A DNA stretch of 63,769 nt, filler included, from Reclinomonas americana ATCC 50394 (GCA_048213135.1; 5 parts of 4 records of this genome joined end to end with filler, not necessarily neighbours in it); one strand, 5' to 3'; numbered from the whole stretch's first letter, positions 1 through 12,248 are shown. Made by a program: numbers and translations. The notes: generated by a model not told the origin, from the sequence alone.

Positions 1-350
1 GAGGGGGAGGGGGAGGGGGGAGGGGGGAGGGGGAGAGGGAGGGGGAGGGGGAGGAAGACGGAGAGGGAGGGAGAGAGAGAGAGAAAGAGACCAACACACC
101 TCAAGGGAGTGTAAAAGGTGGAAATGAAAGGTTGAAAAAGATAAAAAGGGAGAGAGAGTTGAACCGGACCATAGACAGTGACATGGATAGGTTGAGAGGC
201 AAAGGTAGAGGGAAAGGGATGTGAGAGAAAGGGTGGAAGGGGGAGAGGGACGGGGTTGTGTGCTTCTGTGAGAGAACGAGAAGGAAGGCCAAAGAGTGCA
301 CGCACAATTACGGCACAGAATCCTGACTGCAAACCCCATGCCACACTCAC

Positions 351-2442
351 CGTACTGTGTCATGGGCCTGCACGACGACACCAAACGAGCCCTTGCCAAG
401 CTTCTTCTTGACATGATACCGATCGGCAACCACGTGCTCTGTTCGTGGTACGTAGTTGCCCTCGGCATCGTCGACACTCTCCGCCAAACCCGCCAGCAAT
501 CGTTGCTTCTCGTAGTACTTGCTGCAAACGGGAAGGGCGGGTGAGTGAAGCGTGAAAAGAGAGAGAGTTAAGAGAAAATACACGCGCACCGATTGATCTC
601 CTTGTAGGTGGCCAGCAAGCGCACAGAGAGCTTGTGCACAGGTCGTGACTCGGCCGAGCGGTGGAAGGCCGATCGGTCAGTGGCCATTGGTTGCACGCCC
701 GACATGGCGACAGAGGAGGCTGCTGCGGCAGCCGCTGCGTCACCGCCGCTGACAGAGACCATTTCGACGAGGGCTGAAAATGGGGAGAAGGGAGAGGGAG
801 AAGGGTGAGGAGAAGGAAACGAGAGGAAGTGCGTTCTTGCTGCGACGAACAGGAACTAGATGCACCTGCCATTCTTCCACGCGAAACACAGAGGGAAAGA
901 GAGGGAGACAATGAGACAGAGGGAGAGATAGCGTGTTCCAGAGTGAGAAAAACTGAGCAAGAACCCCGTTGACTGATAGTGCTGCAAATGAGACATAAGA
1001 CGCACTGCACGCCGTACCTCACCCACACAGCCAGCACGGAAAGAGGGAGAAGCGAGAGAGAGAAACAAACAGCGAGTGCGCCAGAGAGCGTCAGAGAAAA
1101 TGAGAGGATTAGCGAGCAACCAAGACAACTACTCCTTTGCCTCATCGCGCCCCAAGTGAGACACGCCAAGCACACTAGCCACACCAACACACGTACACAA
1201 AAACGCAGAGAGGCAAGTGCGCGTGAGTGAGTGAGTGTGTGCGAGAGAGACGTGAGAAAATGACAGAACAAGGAGCAACTGAGACAAGTGCTCCTTCAAC
1301 TGAATGCGCTGTGGGAGAGAGAGAGAGGGAGGGAGGGAGAGAGAAAGAGAGAACGAGTGTGCTGGAGAGAGAAATGAGGAAAAACGACAGAGGATGGAAG
1401 GCGGCAACCGAGACAAGTGCTCCTGCGACTGAGTGCGCTGTGTATGTGAGAGAGGGCACTCGATACCCTGTGCTCCACACACGCCCATGCTCCATCACAC
1501 AGAACAGGAAAGGGAGTGAGAGAGAGAGAGAGTGAGAGAGTGAGGAACGGTGTCTGTGTGAAGTGAAAAAATGACAGAACGAGGAGCAACTGAGACAAGT
1601 GCTTCAACTGAATGCGCTGTGGGTGGGAGAGAGAGAGAGAGCGAGAGAGCGAGAGAAAGAGATAACGAGTGCGCTGGAGAGAGAAAATGAAGAAAACCGA
1701 CAGAGGATCTCAAGAGCACGCGAGACAAGTGCCCCTGNNNNNNNNNNNNNNNNNNNNNNNNNNNNNNNNNNNNNNNNNNNNNNNNNNNNNNNNNNNNNNN
1801 NNNNNNNNNNNNNNNNNNNNNNNNNNNNNNNNNNNNNNNNNNNNNNNNNNNNNNNNNNNNNNNNNNNNNNNNNNNNNNNNNNNNNNNNNNNNNNNNNNNN
1901 NNNNNNNNNNNNNNNNNNNNNNNNNNNNNNNNNNNNNNNNNNNNNNNNNNNNNNNNNNNNNNNNNNNNNNNNNNNNNNNNNNNNNNNNNNNNNNNNNNNN
2001 NNNCGACTGAATGCGCTGTCTGTGTGAGAGACACAGAGAGAGGGCACTCGACACACCGTGCTCCACACACCACCAACACCCATTCTCCTGCCATCTCATC
2101 CCCATCTCATCCCCTCTGTCTCTCACCATCCAACGGCGACGCCGACGCCGGCACCGTCACCGCACCAACCGCCGCGCCGCTGCCGCCTGCTCCAGCAACC
2201 GCCGCCGGCGATCCAGTCGACTGAGTGGACGACGCAGCGGCCGCCGCCGCCGCCGCCGCCGCAGCCGCCGCCGCTGATGCACTCGACGACGATTTCACCA
2301 AATCAACATCCATGGAAAGCGGCTTGGGCACGGACGATGACGACGACGATGCTCCGCCTGCACTCGGCGAGGTGTTCTCCTTGGCGCCACTGCTGCCTCC
2401 ACCAGCAACAACAACCTGACCGCGCGGAGGCGGTGATTCCAT
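351..2442 (-). CDS. DYRK1: DYRK1-family dual-specificity kinase, 5' part (exons 2442-2127, 773-590, 521-351; continues beyond window start)
   Basis: Spliced product contains RPVHKLSVRLLATYKEINR-KYY (DYRK1 N-terminal motif), DDAEGNY (DH box) and kinase subdomain I LGKGSFGVVVQA. The GT-AG introns keep frame (phases 1 and 2). Confidence 0.85.
1257..2070. repeat. Degenerate tandem repeat in DYRK intron 1
   Basis: Recurrent GAGACAAGTGC...ACTGAATGCGCTGT blocks at about 1281, 1410, 1592, 1722 and 2004, interleaved with (GA)n. Confidence 0.75.
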
Positions 2443-3838
2443 AATCTACTCGCACTCTTTGGTTTTTCCCAGCACACGCTTGCTTGGAAAGGAAAACACA
2501 CACAACCGCACTAACAAAGAGGAAGCTGTGCGCAAACAACAACAACAACAAAAAAAGTGTGAGAGATGGACGACGACGAGATGGCGCACAACGGTTTAAC
2601 GGGCGCGTGTGTGTGCCTCTTGTCACTGTGCTCTCTCGCTTGTCGTGTTTCACTCTNNNNNNNNNNNNNNNNNNNNGTGTGTGTGTGTGCTGACAAAAAA
2701 ACGCATGCACATGTACACGCAGAGAGAGACAAGGCGACAGTGTGTGTGTGTGTGCGTGTTTGAGCAGTGAGTGTCTAACGGAATCGCGCACGTTTTTGGC
2801 TCACAACGCGTGCGTGTGTGCGTGTCGGTGCGTGACTCACTCTTGTGTTGACACAGTGCGTGCGAGACAGAGAGCGTGAGCGCAAAGAGAGTGTGCGCCG
2901 GTGTGCGTGTGTGAAAGGCCGACCGGACATCACAAACAACCGCCCGGCAAACGACGCAAAGTGCAAACACTCACACTTGTGAAAAAATAATCTGCACTTT
3001 GCTCTCTCTCGCTCGCTCGCCGCTTCTCTGTGTTGACTGGCGAAACGCAGACCGCCACTCACCAGGTGTTGTCTGTCTGCGCGGTATGCGTGTGGTGTGG
3101 TGCGTGTCGATTCGTTGATTCGGTGGGCCGTCGATTTGACACCGGACTGTGGTCGGACGATTTGCGGCCCGCGGGAAATGCTCGAGTGAGGCAGGGAGAG
3201 GAAGAGGAGGAGGTGATGGCGGGCGCAAAGTTCAGGTGGAGCTGCGCTTCTTGCACGCGCCAAAAATGATCGCGCGTGAGTTTCGAGATCCGAATTCGGC
3301 AAAGTCAATCCGCATGCATCCGCAGGTTATCGTGTCGGAACGGGGGATCCATTCTCAAGTGTAGACGTAGGCAAAGAAAAGAGAAATCGAGAAGAGCTCG
3401 TTGCAATTGATTTTCGGGCTCCAAATTCGAACGCTCGAGCTTGAAACTGGTCGTGATTGCAAGCTTGTCATTGTTTCGTGCATTCGTAGCTCCCGATGTT
3501 TGTTCTCCGACCTCGGTACCCGGAGGCTGCCCGCGCAGTTGGCTCCTTGCCACAGCTTGTACTGCAGAACGAAACGATCACACTGAGTTTCTCTGCCGTG
3601 CATGCGCAGAAATGGACAGCATTGGATAGGATAAGCACAACAATTCATTCACCTAAGAGAGAGAGAGAGAGAGACGAAGCGTTTGGAGACGAGCAAGATG
3701 CTCAGGAATCCTGGTCCATCCACAACCGACGACGGTGGTCGGCGATGCGTCAACGGACAGCACGAGAGGATAGAGGGACGTACGGATAAAAGAAAGAAAA
3801 GGCGAGAGCTCGAGATACACAGACGGGATGCTCGTCCA

Positions 3839-4942
3839 TCACAAGCGATTGCTTGCGTCGGCGAAGCACCGATGCAGAATAACCTCGGCCTCCTCGACCA
3901 CGAAGCAGCGGAGCACCATCTCTGGAAGGCAACGCGAATCTCGCACCTGGTCCCCCTCTGCACCCTGCCGCTGCATCTCCTGCACAGCACGCATGGCCGA
4001 GCGCGCACAATCGACCTCCTCTCGCGCGAGGCAATGAGGAGTAGACCATACCCTCACTGTGCAGTCTGGGCTGCCACTCACAATGTGCTGACCATCGGGA
4101 GAGACGGCAACGTACTCTATCCCTTCGGTGTGCCCCACCAACCGCCGCACCTCCTCACCACTTGCCAGCGACCACACCCGCACTGTCTGGTCCTGACTCC
4201 CGCTGACAATTAGCTCTCCATCGGGAGTAACTGTGACACAGCGCACCTCATCCGCGTGACCCTCCAACCGCCGCACTTCCTCTCCGCTCGCCAGCGACCA
4301 CACTCGCACTGTAAAGTCATCGCCCCCGCTCACGATGCACTGACCATCGGGAGTGACGACGGCAGACCACACATCGCCAGCGTGTCCCTCCAGTCGGCGC
4401 ACCTCCTTCCCACTCGCCAGTGACCACACTCGCACTGTTTCGTCTCCACTCGCACTCACAATGTGCTCGCCATCTGGAGTGACAGCGACCGACAACACGT
4501 ACGCGCGGTGCCCTGAAAGTAGATGCTCCATAGTGCCAGTCGCCAGCGACCACACTCGCACTGAACTATCCCAACTCCCACTAATCACGTGCCGCCCGTT
4601 GGGGGTGACAGCGACCGAGGATACCCAATTAGTGTGCCCCCGCAGCAGTCCCACTTGCTCTCCACTTGCCAGTGCCCACACTCGGACTGTGAAGTCGTCG
4701 CCACCGCTCACAACATGCAGCCCATCAGGAGTGATGGCGACAGCCGATACTCCTGCAGCGCATCCCTCGAGCCGTTGGACTTCCTTTCCGGTCGCCAGCG
4801 ACCACACTCGCAGAGTGCAGACGGCGCTGGCACCGCCAATCACAATGTGATCCGAGGTGACGGTGACACATGATACGACGTCATCGTGACGGAACACGTA
4901 CTTGCATGGGAGAGAAGGAGGAGGAGGAGGAGCGGAGGTCAT
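3839..4942 (-). CDS. Intronless 7-blade WD40 protein with conserved C-terminal helical module (array 1)
   Basis: Uninterrupted ORF starting MTSAPPPPP, repeats of GH..V.SVAVTPDG..VVSG..D.TVRVW, ending RCLPEMVLRCFVVEEAEVILHRCF. Confidence 0.92.
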   Translation of the reverse strand: MTSAPPPPPSLPCKYVFRHDDVVSCVTVTSDHIVIGGASAVCTLRVWSLATGKEVQRLEGCAAGVSAVAITPDGLHVVSGGDDFTVRVWALASGEQVGLLRGHTNWVSSVAVTPNGRHVISGSWDSSVRVWSLATGTMEHLLSGHRAYVLSVAVTPDGEHIVSASGDETVRVWSLASGKEVRRLEGHAGDVWSAVVTPDGQCIVSGGDDFTVRVWSLASGEEVRRLEGHADEVRCVTVTPDGELIVSGSQDQTVRVWSLASGEEVRRLVGHTEGIEYVAVSPDGQHIVSGSPDCTVRVWSTPHCLAREEVDCARSAMRAVQEMQRQGAEGDQVRDSRCLPEMVLRCFVVEEAEVILHRCFADASNRL

Positions 4943-5030
4943 GTGCGCCTGGGCGTATGCGTGAAGCGCGATCGGAAGCGCGTGTGTAATGTCGACTCGT
5001 AATGTCCTCTCTCGCCACACAATGGCGGGC

Positions 5031-5075
5031 GTTTCGAAGTTGTTTCGAAGGCAAGCACCTTGATGTATCACCCTT
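5031..5075 (-). promoter_or_regulatory. Conserved upstream motif of array-1 WD40 genes (copies also at ~6493-6535 and ~7906-7945)
   Basis: GAAGTTGTTTCGAAGGCAAGCAC(C/T)TTG..TATCACC found ~60-130 bp upstream of three ATGs; retained in the third spacer, which is otherwise diverged. Confidence 0.45.
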
Positions 5076-5322
5076 CACCGAAACACGTATTACAATCACA
5101 TGCCGCGCGCGCTTCACTTCAACTATCGCAGTATTCAGCAACCAGCACGAGTATAAACGTCGGCAACGGAGACGAAAAGAGCGAGATGCACATCAGCGCG
5201 TCCATCCACAACCGGCGACGGTGGTCGGCGCTGCAAGGTGTCGATGGACATCACGAGAAGAAAGAGGGACGTACGGAGAAAAGAAAGAAAAAGGCGAGAA
5301 AAACAGACGGGATGCTCGTCCA

Positions 5323-6417
5323 TCAGAACCGGAGACAGTCGTCCGTGGAGCACCGATGAACAACAACCTCCGCCTCCTCGACCACGAAGCAGCGCAGCAC
5401 GATCTCCACCAGACACCGCTGTTCTTCCTCTTCCCGCATCGCCTGCACCGCCCACATGGCCTCCCGCGCACAATCGAGCTCTTGGCGAGCGAGGCCGCAC
5501 GGAGTGGACCACACTCGCACTGTTCCATCCACACAGCCACTGACAATATGCTGGCCATCGGGACTGACGGCAACCGACTGCACTGTGTCGGTGTGCCCCA
5601 CCAACCGCCACACCTCCTCGCCGCTCGCCAGCGACCACACCCGCACAGTCTCGTCGACACTTCCGCTAACAATGAACTCACCATCGGGAGTAACTGTGAC
5701 ACAGTGCACGTCATCCGCGTGACCGTCCATTCGTCGCTCCTCCTCACCGCTCACCAGCGACCACACTCGCACTGTGAAGTCATCGCTCCCACTCACGATG
5801 TGCTGACCATCGGGAGTGATGGCGACAGACCACACGAAGTCAGTGTGTCCCTCCAGTCGGCGCACCTCCTTCCCACTCGCCAGTGACCACACTCGCACTG
5901 TTTCGTCTCCACTCGCACTCACAATGTGCTCGCCATCTGGAGTGACAGCGACAGACAACACACTCATGAGGTGTCCTTCGAGTTGACGCTCACAGTTGCC
6001 AGTCGCCAGCGACCACACTCGCACTGAACTATCCCAACTCCCACTAATCACGTGCCGCCCATTGGGGGTGACAGCGACCGAGGATACCCAATTAGTGTGC
6101 CCCCGCAGCAGTCCCACTTGCTCTCCGCTTGCCAGTACCCACACTCGGACTGTGGAGTCGTCGCCACCGCTCACAACATGCAGCCCATCGGGAGTGACGG
6201 CAACTGATCGCACGACACCAGTGTGTCCCTCCAGCCGGCACACTTTTGCGCCACTCGCCAGTGACCACACTCGCAGAGTGCAGACGGCGCTGGCACCGCC
6301 AATCACAATGTGATCCGAGGTGACAGTGACACAAGGTACGGCGTCATCGTGACGGAACACGTTCTTGCATGGTAGAGACGGAGGAGGAGGAGGAGGAAGA
6401 GAAGGAGCGGAGGCCAT
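5323..6417 (-). CDS. Intronless WD40 protein, same family (array 1)
   Basis: ORF starting MASAPSLPPP, 7 WD repeats, same C-terminal module. Confidence 0.92.
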   Translation of the reverse strand: MASAPSLPPPPPPSLPCKNVFRHDDAVPCVTVTSDHIVIGGASAVCTLRVWSLASGAKVCRLEGHTGVVRSVAVTPDGLHVVSGGDDSTVRVWVLASGEQVGLLRGHTNWVSSVAVTPNGRHVISGSWDSSVRVWSLATGNCERQLEGHLMSVLSVAVTPDGEHIVSASGDETVRVWSLASGKEVRRLEGHTDFVWSVAITPDGQHIVSGSDDFTVRVWSLVSGEEERRMDGHADDVHCVTVTPDGEFIVSGSVDETVRVWSLASGEEVWRLVGHTDTVQSVAVSPDGQHIVSGCVDGTVRVWSTPCGLARQELDCAREAMWAVQAMREEEEQRCLVEIVLRCFVVEEAEVVVHRCSTDDCLRF

Positions 6418-6778
6418 GTGTGTGTGCGTATGCGTGAAGAGCGGCAGTGCGTGTAATGGATCGTGCAATGTCCTCGCCACACAATGGCGGGCGTTTCGAA
6501 GTTGTTTCGAAGGCAAGCACCTTGGTATCACCACCCTTCACCGCAACACGTATTAGAATCACATGCCGCGTTTCACTTCAACTATCGCAGTATTCAGCAA
6601 CCAGCACGAGTATAAACGTCGGCAACGGAGACGAAAAGAGCCAGATGCACATCAGCGCGTCCATCCACAACCGGCGACGGTGGTCGGCGATGCGTCAACG
6701 GACAGCACGAGAAGAAAGAGGGACGTACGGAGATAAGAAAGGCGAGAGCTCGAGATAAACAGACGGGATGCTCGTCCA

Positions 6779-7849
6779 TCACAAGCGATTGCTTGCGTCG
6801 GCGAAGCACCGATGCAGAATAACCTCGGCCTCCTCGACCACGAAGCAGCGCAGCACAATCTCCACCAGACACCGCTGTTCTTCCTTTTTCCGCATCTTCT
6901 GCACCGCCCACATGGCCTCCCGCACACTGTCGAGCTCCAGCCGAGCGAGGCCGCACGGAGTGGACCACACTCGCACTGTTCCATCCACACAGCCACTCAC
7001 AATATGCTGGCCATCGGGACTGACGGCAACCGACTGCACTGTGTCGGTGTGCCCCACCAACCGCCGCACCTCCTCGCCGCTCGCCAGCGACCACACCCGC
7101 ACAGTCTGGTCGACACTCCCGCTCACAATGAACTCACCATTGGGAGTAACTGTGACACAGCGCACCTCATCCGCGTGACCGTCCATTTGTCGCTCCTCCT
7201 CACCGCTCACCAGCGACCACACTCGCACGGAGCAGTCACTGCTCCCACTGACGATATGCTGCTCATCGGGAGTGATGGCGACAGACCACAAGTGATCAGA
7301 GTGTCCCATCAACCGCCGCATGTCGTCGCCAGTTGCAAGTGATCGCACTCGCACTGCGTTGTCGTAATCGCAAGAAGTCACGATATGCTGACCGTCTGCA
7401 GTGACGGCGATCGATGCTACCGATTCGCGGAACTGTCGCACAGGATCTCCACTCGTCAGCGGCCAATCTAGCACTGTCAAATGCCAACTCCCAGTGACCA
7501 CATGCTGACCATCGAGAGTGACGGCAACTGATGTTACATCTCCATCGAGGTCCTCAAACATTCGAATCTCATCTTCAGTCGCCAGTGACCACACACGCAC
7601 GGTCTCGTCGGCGCTCCCACTCACGACGTGCTCACCATCGGGAGTGACGGCAACCGATCGCACGACACCAGTGTGTCCCTCCAGCCGGCACACTTTTGCG
7701 CCACTCGCCAGTGACCACACTCGCACCGTCTTGTCGGCACCGCCACTCACCACGTGTTGCCCGTCGGGAGTGACAGCGACACTGTACACGACGCCACAGT
7801 GACCGCGCAAGCATTTGGACGGAAGGGAAGGGGGAGGCGTGGAGGTCAT
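6779..7849 (-). CDS. Intronless WD40 protein, same family (array 1)
   Basis: ORF starting MTSTPPPSLP, 7 WD repeats (some degenerate), same C-terminal module. Confidence 0.92.
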   Translation of the reverse strand: MTSTPPPSLPSKCLRGHCGVVYSVAVTPDGQHVVSGGADKTVRVWSLASGAKVCRLEGHTGVVRSVAVTPDGEHVVSGSADETVRVWSLATEDEIRMFEDLDGDVTSVAVTLDGQHVVTGSWHLTVLDWPLTSGDPVRQFRESVASIAVTADGQHIVTSCDYDNAVRVRSLATGDDMRRLMGHSDHLWSVAITPDEQHIVSGSSDCSVRVWSLVSGEEERQMDGHADEVRCVTVTPNGEFIVSGSVDQTVRVWSLASGEEVRRLVGHTDTVQSVAVSPDGQHIVSGCVDGTVRVWSTPCGLARLELDSVREAMWAVQKMRKKEEQRCLVEIVLRCFVVEEAEVILHRCFADASNRL

Positions 7850-8259
7850 GTCGGTGCGTGTGTGGACGAGGCAAGGACGATGATGCAGTGTCCTCCGCAC
7901 TCTTGGGAAGTTGTTTCGAAGGCAAGCACTTTGGTATCACCCCACCGCAACGTGTATTACACATGCCTTGCATTACCTCTAAGGGGTCAGAGAGTTTGCA
8001 GCGGTTTGCAACAAGGATTACGATACAGTTCTAGGCGATGGGAGAATGAGCTGGATAAACAGTGATGCCTTCCGACCACAGACATTGGCGAACATCGAAG
8101 AACAGCAGGAAAAGAGAGAAAGGAACGCAATGCGAGACAGACAGCCACCGATGCTCGTCCAACACAACCGGCGACGATCATCAATGAGAGATGCCACAGG
8201 GAAAAGAGAGAGAGAGAGACATACACAGTGGAACGAAAAGGGCCAGCGATGCTCACCCA

Positions 8260-9351
8260 TCAAAAACGGAGCTCGTGATCGTGGTCGCTGCGATGTAGAA
8301 CTACAGCCGCATCCTCGACGATGAAGCAACGCAGCACCATCTCCGGAAGGCATCGCGAATCTCGCACCTCCTCGTTTCCACCTCCCCGTTGCATCTCCTG
8401 CACAGCACGCATGGCCTCCCGCGCACAATCGAGCTCCTGCCAAGCGAGGCCGCACGGAGTGGACCACACTCGCACTGTTCCATCCACACAGCTACTCACA
8501 ATATGATGCCCATCGGGACTGACGGCAACGGACTGTACTGCGTCGGTGTGCCCCACCAACCGCCGCAACTCCTCGCCACTCGCCAGCGACCACAGACGCA
8601 CAGTCTTGTCCTCACTGCCACTCACTATGTACAGACCATCACGAGTGACGGCGACAGACAGTACGGAATCAGTGTGCCCATCCAACACTCGCACTAACTC
8701 TCCACTCGCCAGTGACCACATACACACTATTTGGTCACACGCCCCGCTGACAATGAACTGACCATCGGGAGTGACGGCGACAGAACACACGTAGTCATCG
8801 TGTGCGTTTAACCATCGCAACTCTTCTCCAGTCGCCAGTGACCGCACCCGCACTGTACATGTGCAGTCGTAATCACTTGCAAACACGACATTCTCCCCGT
8901 CGGGAGTGACAACGATGCATGTCGCCGAAGCGCCAAACTGTCGCACCTCCTCACCACTCGCCAGCGACCACACTCGCACTGCGCCATCCCAGCCTCCACT
9001 CACAACATGCTGTCCATCGGGTGTGCCAGCAACAGAACGCACGCTTCCATGGTGGCCCTTCAACAATCGAATCTCTTCTCCACTCGCCAGTGACCACACT
9101 CGCACCGTGCTGCCTGTACCCCCACTCACAACGTGCAGGCCATCGGGAGTGATGGCGACAGAGAGCACTGCATCAGTGTGTCCCTCAAAGCGTTGTATTT
9201 CGCGCCCACTGGCCAGTGACCACACACGCACAGTGAAGTCGGCACCGCCACTCACCACGTGTTGCCCATCGGGAGTGACGGCGACACTGTGCGCGGCACC
9301 GCGGTGGCCACACAAGCGCTTGGATGGGAGGAAATGAGGGACTGCGGACAT
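8260..9351 (-). CDS. Intronless WD40 protein, same family (array 1)
   Basis: 363-aa ORF starting MSAVPHFLPSKRLCGH, 7 WD repeats, same C-terminal module. Confidence 0.92.
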   Translation of the reverse strand: MSAVPHFLPSKRLCGHRGAAHSVAVTPDGQHVVSGGADFTVRVWSLASGREIQRFEGHTDAVLSVAITPDGLHVVSGGTGSTVRVWSLASGEEIRLLKGHHGSVRSVAGTPDGQHVVSGGWDGAVRVWSLASGEEVRQFGASATCIVVTPDGENVVFASDYDCTCTVRVRSLATGEELRWLNAHDDYVCSVAVTPDGQFIVSGACDQIVCMWSLASGELVRVLDGHTDSVLSVAVTRDGLYIVSGSEDKTVRLWSLASGEELRRLVGHTDAVQSVAVSPDGHHIVSSCVDGTVRVWSTPCGLAWQELDCAREAMRAVQEMQRGGGNEEVRDSRCLPEMVLRCFIVEDAAVVLHRSDHDHELRF

Positions 9352-9355
9352 GTGA

Positions 9356-9397
<42 letters not shown>

Positions 9398-9809
9398 GGA
9401 GAGAGAGAAAGTGTGTGTGTGTGTGTGTGTGTGCGTGTATGTGTGTGTGTGTGCGCGTGTGATGGTCAACAGTGTCCTCCAATCTTCGCAACTTCAACTT
9501 GCGACGTGGGCTCCCCCTGTATCATGCATCCGAAAACAGAGACAGCACCTGGCAAGCAGGGGTCAGGCCAGGGATGAGGCGATTCGGTGCTGTTGAGTTG
9601 TACTGTACCTCAGTAGCGAGAATACAAAGATTTCGTTGCCTTCTTGCGTGACTCACAGAAAGCGCTGCAAAGGGGCTCCTCTTGCGCTCTTTTCTCCACC
9701 ACGTAGACGACGCGTTGTTTTCCGGACGATCATCACTCGTTTGCGTTCTGTGGAAGTGGCTGTGGAGGTGCGGTCTCTGCAAAATCGAGCATACAACTGC
9801 ATGTGTATT

Positions 9810-9890
9810 TGTATATTGTTGCCAAGGTCATTGTCGGCAAGAGATATGTCGCACTATTGCAATGTGGTGAATGAAGTGTTTGTTTTGTTG
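9810..9890 (-). repeat. Dispersed intergenic repeat family A
   Basis: Reverse complement matches 54030-54130 (ACACTTCATTCACCACATT...CTTGCCGACAATGACCTTGGCA). Further copies at 21725-21800 and 46497-46570. Confidence 0.8.
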
Positions 9891-10078
9891 GGTGTTTCTT
9901 CTCAATCCACCGCTCACTATACATTTGTAGTCTGCATCACCGCGACACGGACAAAAGAAGACACTCCCCACTCATCATCGCGACAGATACTGCGTGGACG
10001 TCAGCTGGTTCAGCGCCGGCCTCCTGTGCACACACACACACACACAAACATCTTATCAGTCTCAACTCAAGCACCCAT

Positions 10079-11609
10079 CTATTCCCCCATGCGACGACGC
10101 AACAGTCGATCACAGAAATCCTTCTTATTCAGCGTCGCCGACGGCGCGCCCGGCACAATCTTCTCCGCCGACGCCGCATTGTCCGCCGCTCCCAGGTTGA
10201 TCAGTGCTGCGCGTTTTCGACGGGTGAGATGTCGCTGCTGCTGCTGCTGCTGCACGAGAAAGAGATGCCTCACCATTGCGAGCCTGCTCGACGGTCACCG
10301 AGCCGTGCCCGTTGAGGTCAATCATCGAAAACATAGTCTCCACGTCCGCAGTGTCCACGCATGCCTGGGGTGAGGAAGGGGAGAAGAAGCAAAGAGTGAG
10401 CGAGGGAGAGAGGGGGGGAGGGAGGGAGGGAGGGGGGGAGGGAGGGAGGGAGGGCGGGAGGGTGAGGGACAAGGGGAGCAAATGAGCGAGGGGAAAGGGG
10501 AGAAGAAGCAAAGAGAGAGAGAGAGGAGGGGAGTGTGAGAGAGAGAGAGAGAGAAGGAGGGAGGAAGAACGGGAGACGAAGCAACGAGCAAATGCGGAGG
10601 CACGGGAAGCGTGCAACGAGCGAATGCACACGGACGGGAAGAGAGCAAGGAAAGAGAATGCGACGCAGTGAGCAGATGCAAAGGAAGGCCGAATGAGCAA
10701 GTAGAGGGAAGCAAGAGAGGGCGAGCGGTAGGAGGATGAGTGAGGGTCGAGGAAGAGAGGAACAAGGAATTGAAAGGACGGAAAAGAGAAGCAGAGCGTG
10801 AGTGCCGAGAGTTGGGGAGGGATCGACAGAGAGAGAGGTAAAGGAATGAAGTGCAAGGGTGGAGTGAGGGAAGAGGAAGGGAGAAACCAGAGAGCAGATG
10901 GGGAAGGGGGAAGAAGTTCGTGAGTGACAAGTGAGCAAGTGAAACCGAGGAAGGAGAGGAGAGCGAGTGCGGAAGGAGGAGGAGAATGAAGAAGGTGGGA
11001 GACAGCAACAGAGACAATAAGTAGGATGAGGGGCGGTTTGTGAACGACAAGCGAGTGAGGGCAAGGAGCGAGAAAACGGGGGGGATCAAGCGAGTCNNNN
11101 NNNNNNNNNNNNNNNNACAGGGAGATTGCATCTGTCTCACTCTGTGCCTGTATCACGCAGTCTCCTGCGGTTCTTCTTCTTCTCTCTCTGGCGCCTCCTT
11201 CTCTCTCGACTTCCCTCTTCTTCTTCTTCTTCTTGTTCTTCTCTCTCTCTCTCTCTCTGTCCTTTCCCTTCCATCTCCCTTCCATCTCCTCTGCAATCAT
11301 CATACACACCTCACACAGCTTCCCATCGCGCAAGTTCTGCAACTCCGCCACCAAGAACGCACGCGGATCGTCAGGCAGGCGATGCGTCAACGCAGTCATC
11401 AAGTACTGTGCAAAGACAGAGAGAAAGTAAGCAAATCAGTGACGAACTCTTGCACCCTCTCTCACTCACNNNNNNNNNNNNNNNNNNNNNNNNNNNNNNN
11501 NNNNNNNNNNNNNNNNNNNNNNNNNNNNNNNNNNNNNNNNNNNNNNNNNNACTGCTGTCTCTCTGCTCTCTTTCTCTCTGCTCTCGCTCACTTGCACACT
11601 CACTCACTC

Positions 11610-11643
<34 letters not shown>

Positions 11644-11806
11644 TCTCTCTCTCGCACACTCTCACTCACTCAATCTATCACTCTCTCACTCTCTCTCTCT
11701 CTTTCACTCTCACCTGCATCAACGACATCACATGGTGCTTCTGAAAGTACTCTCGTGCGCGTGTCAGACGCGGATTCACAAACGCGTTGCTCCCTTCTCC
11801 CTCCAT
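10079..11806 (-). CDS. EFCAB10: EF-hand protein with RIIa/Dpy-30-like N-terminus, EFCAB10-like (exons 11806-11714, 11405-11310, 10364-10274, 10206-10079)
   Basis: Spliced product: MEGEGSNAFVNPRLTRAREYFQKHHVMSLMQ-YLMTALTHRLPDDPRAFLVAELQNLR...DVETMFSMIDLNGHGSVTVEQARNALINLG. All introns are GT-AG and in frame. Confidence 0.8.
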
Positions 11807-11991
11807 TATCAAATGATCAACGGCCGATTGTCCCAAGCCGCTCTGTAAATCAGTCTACATAAATGGCCAGTTTCTGAGAATTGTTTCCTCCCAATGCGCG
11901 ATTGGCTATGTGGCAACAACAACGACAATATAGAGATGACCGCGCTGCACAAAAACAAAACAGAATATCCATTGATAACAAGGATTCATGT

Positions 11992-12248
11992 CAATTCATT
12001 CACCAACAAACAAGCAACAGCTGTCTTGATGACCAAGTTCAACCGTATCCAAAACATCAACACAGACACCAATCTTGAGGCAGCAGCAGGTTCCTTGTGT
12101 GTGTGTGTTCGCTCTCGGAGCTCCGAACAAGTTGAGAGCTACGATCTTTTCACCGCATAGAGCGTGGTTGACCTGTGGATTTGACGCACTTGCATGGACG
12201 CGATCGTACGTGACGGCACATCGAATTCGGGAAAAGGCCATAAGCCAG
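11992..12248 (+). repeat. Dispersed intergenic repeat family B
   Basis: Close match to 46680-46902 plus 47557-47600; a partial inverted copy lies at ~29645-29695. Confidence 0.85.

Noticed and set aside
3839-9351. WD40 arrays as NLR/STAND genes or bacterial contamination
   Set aside because: No P-loop domain is present in or next to the ORFs, and they are contiguous with spliced eukaryotic genes and host microsatellites.
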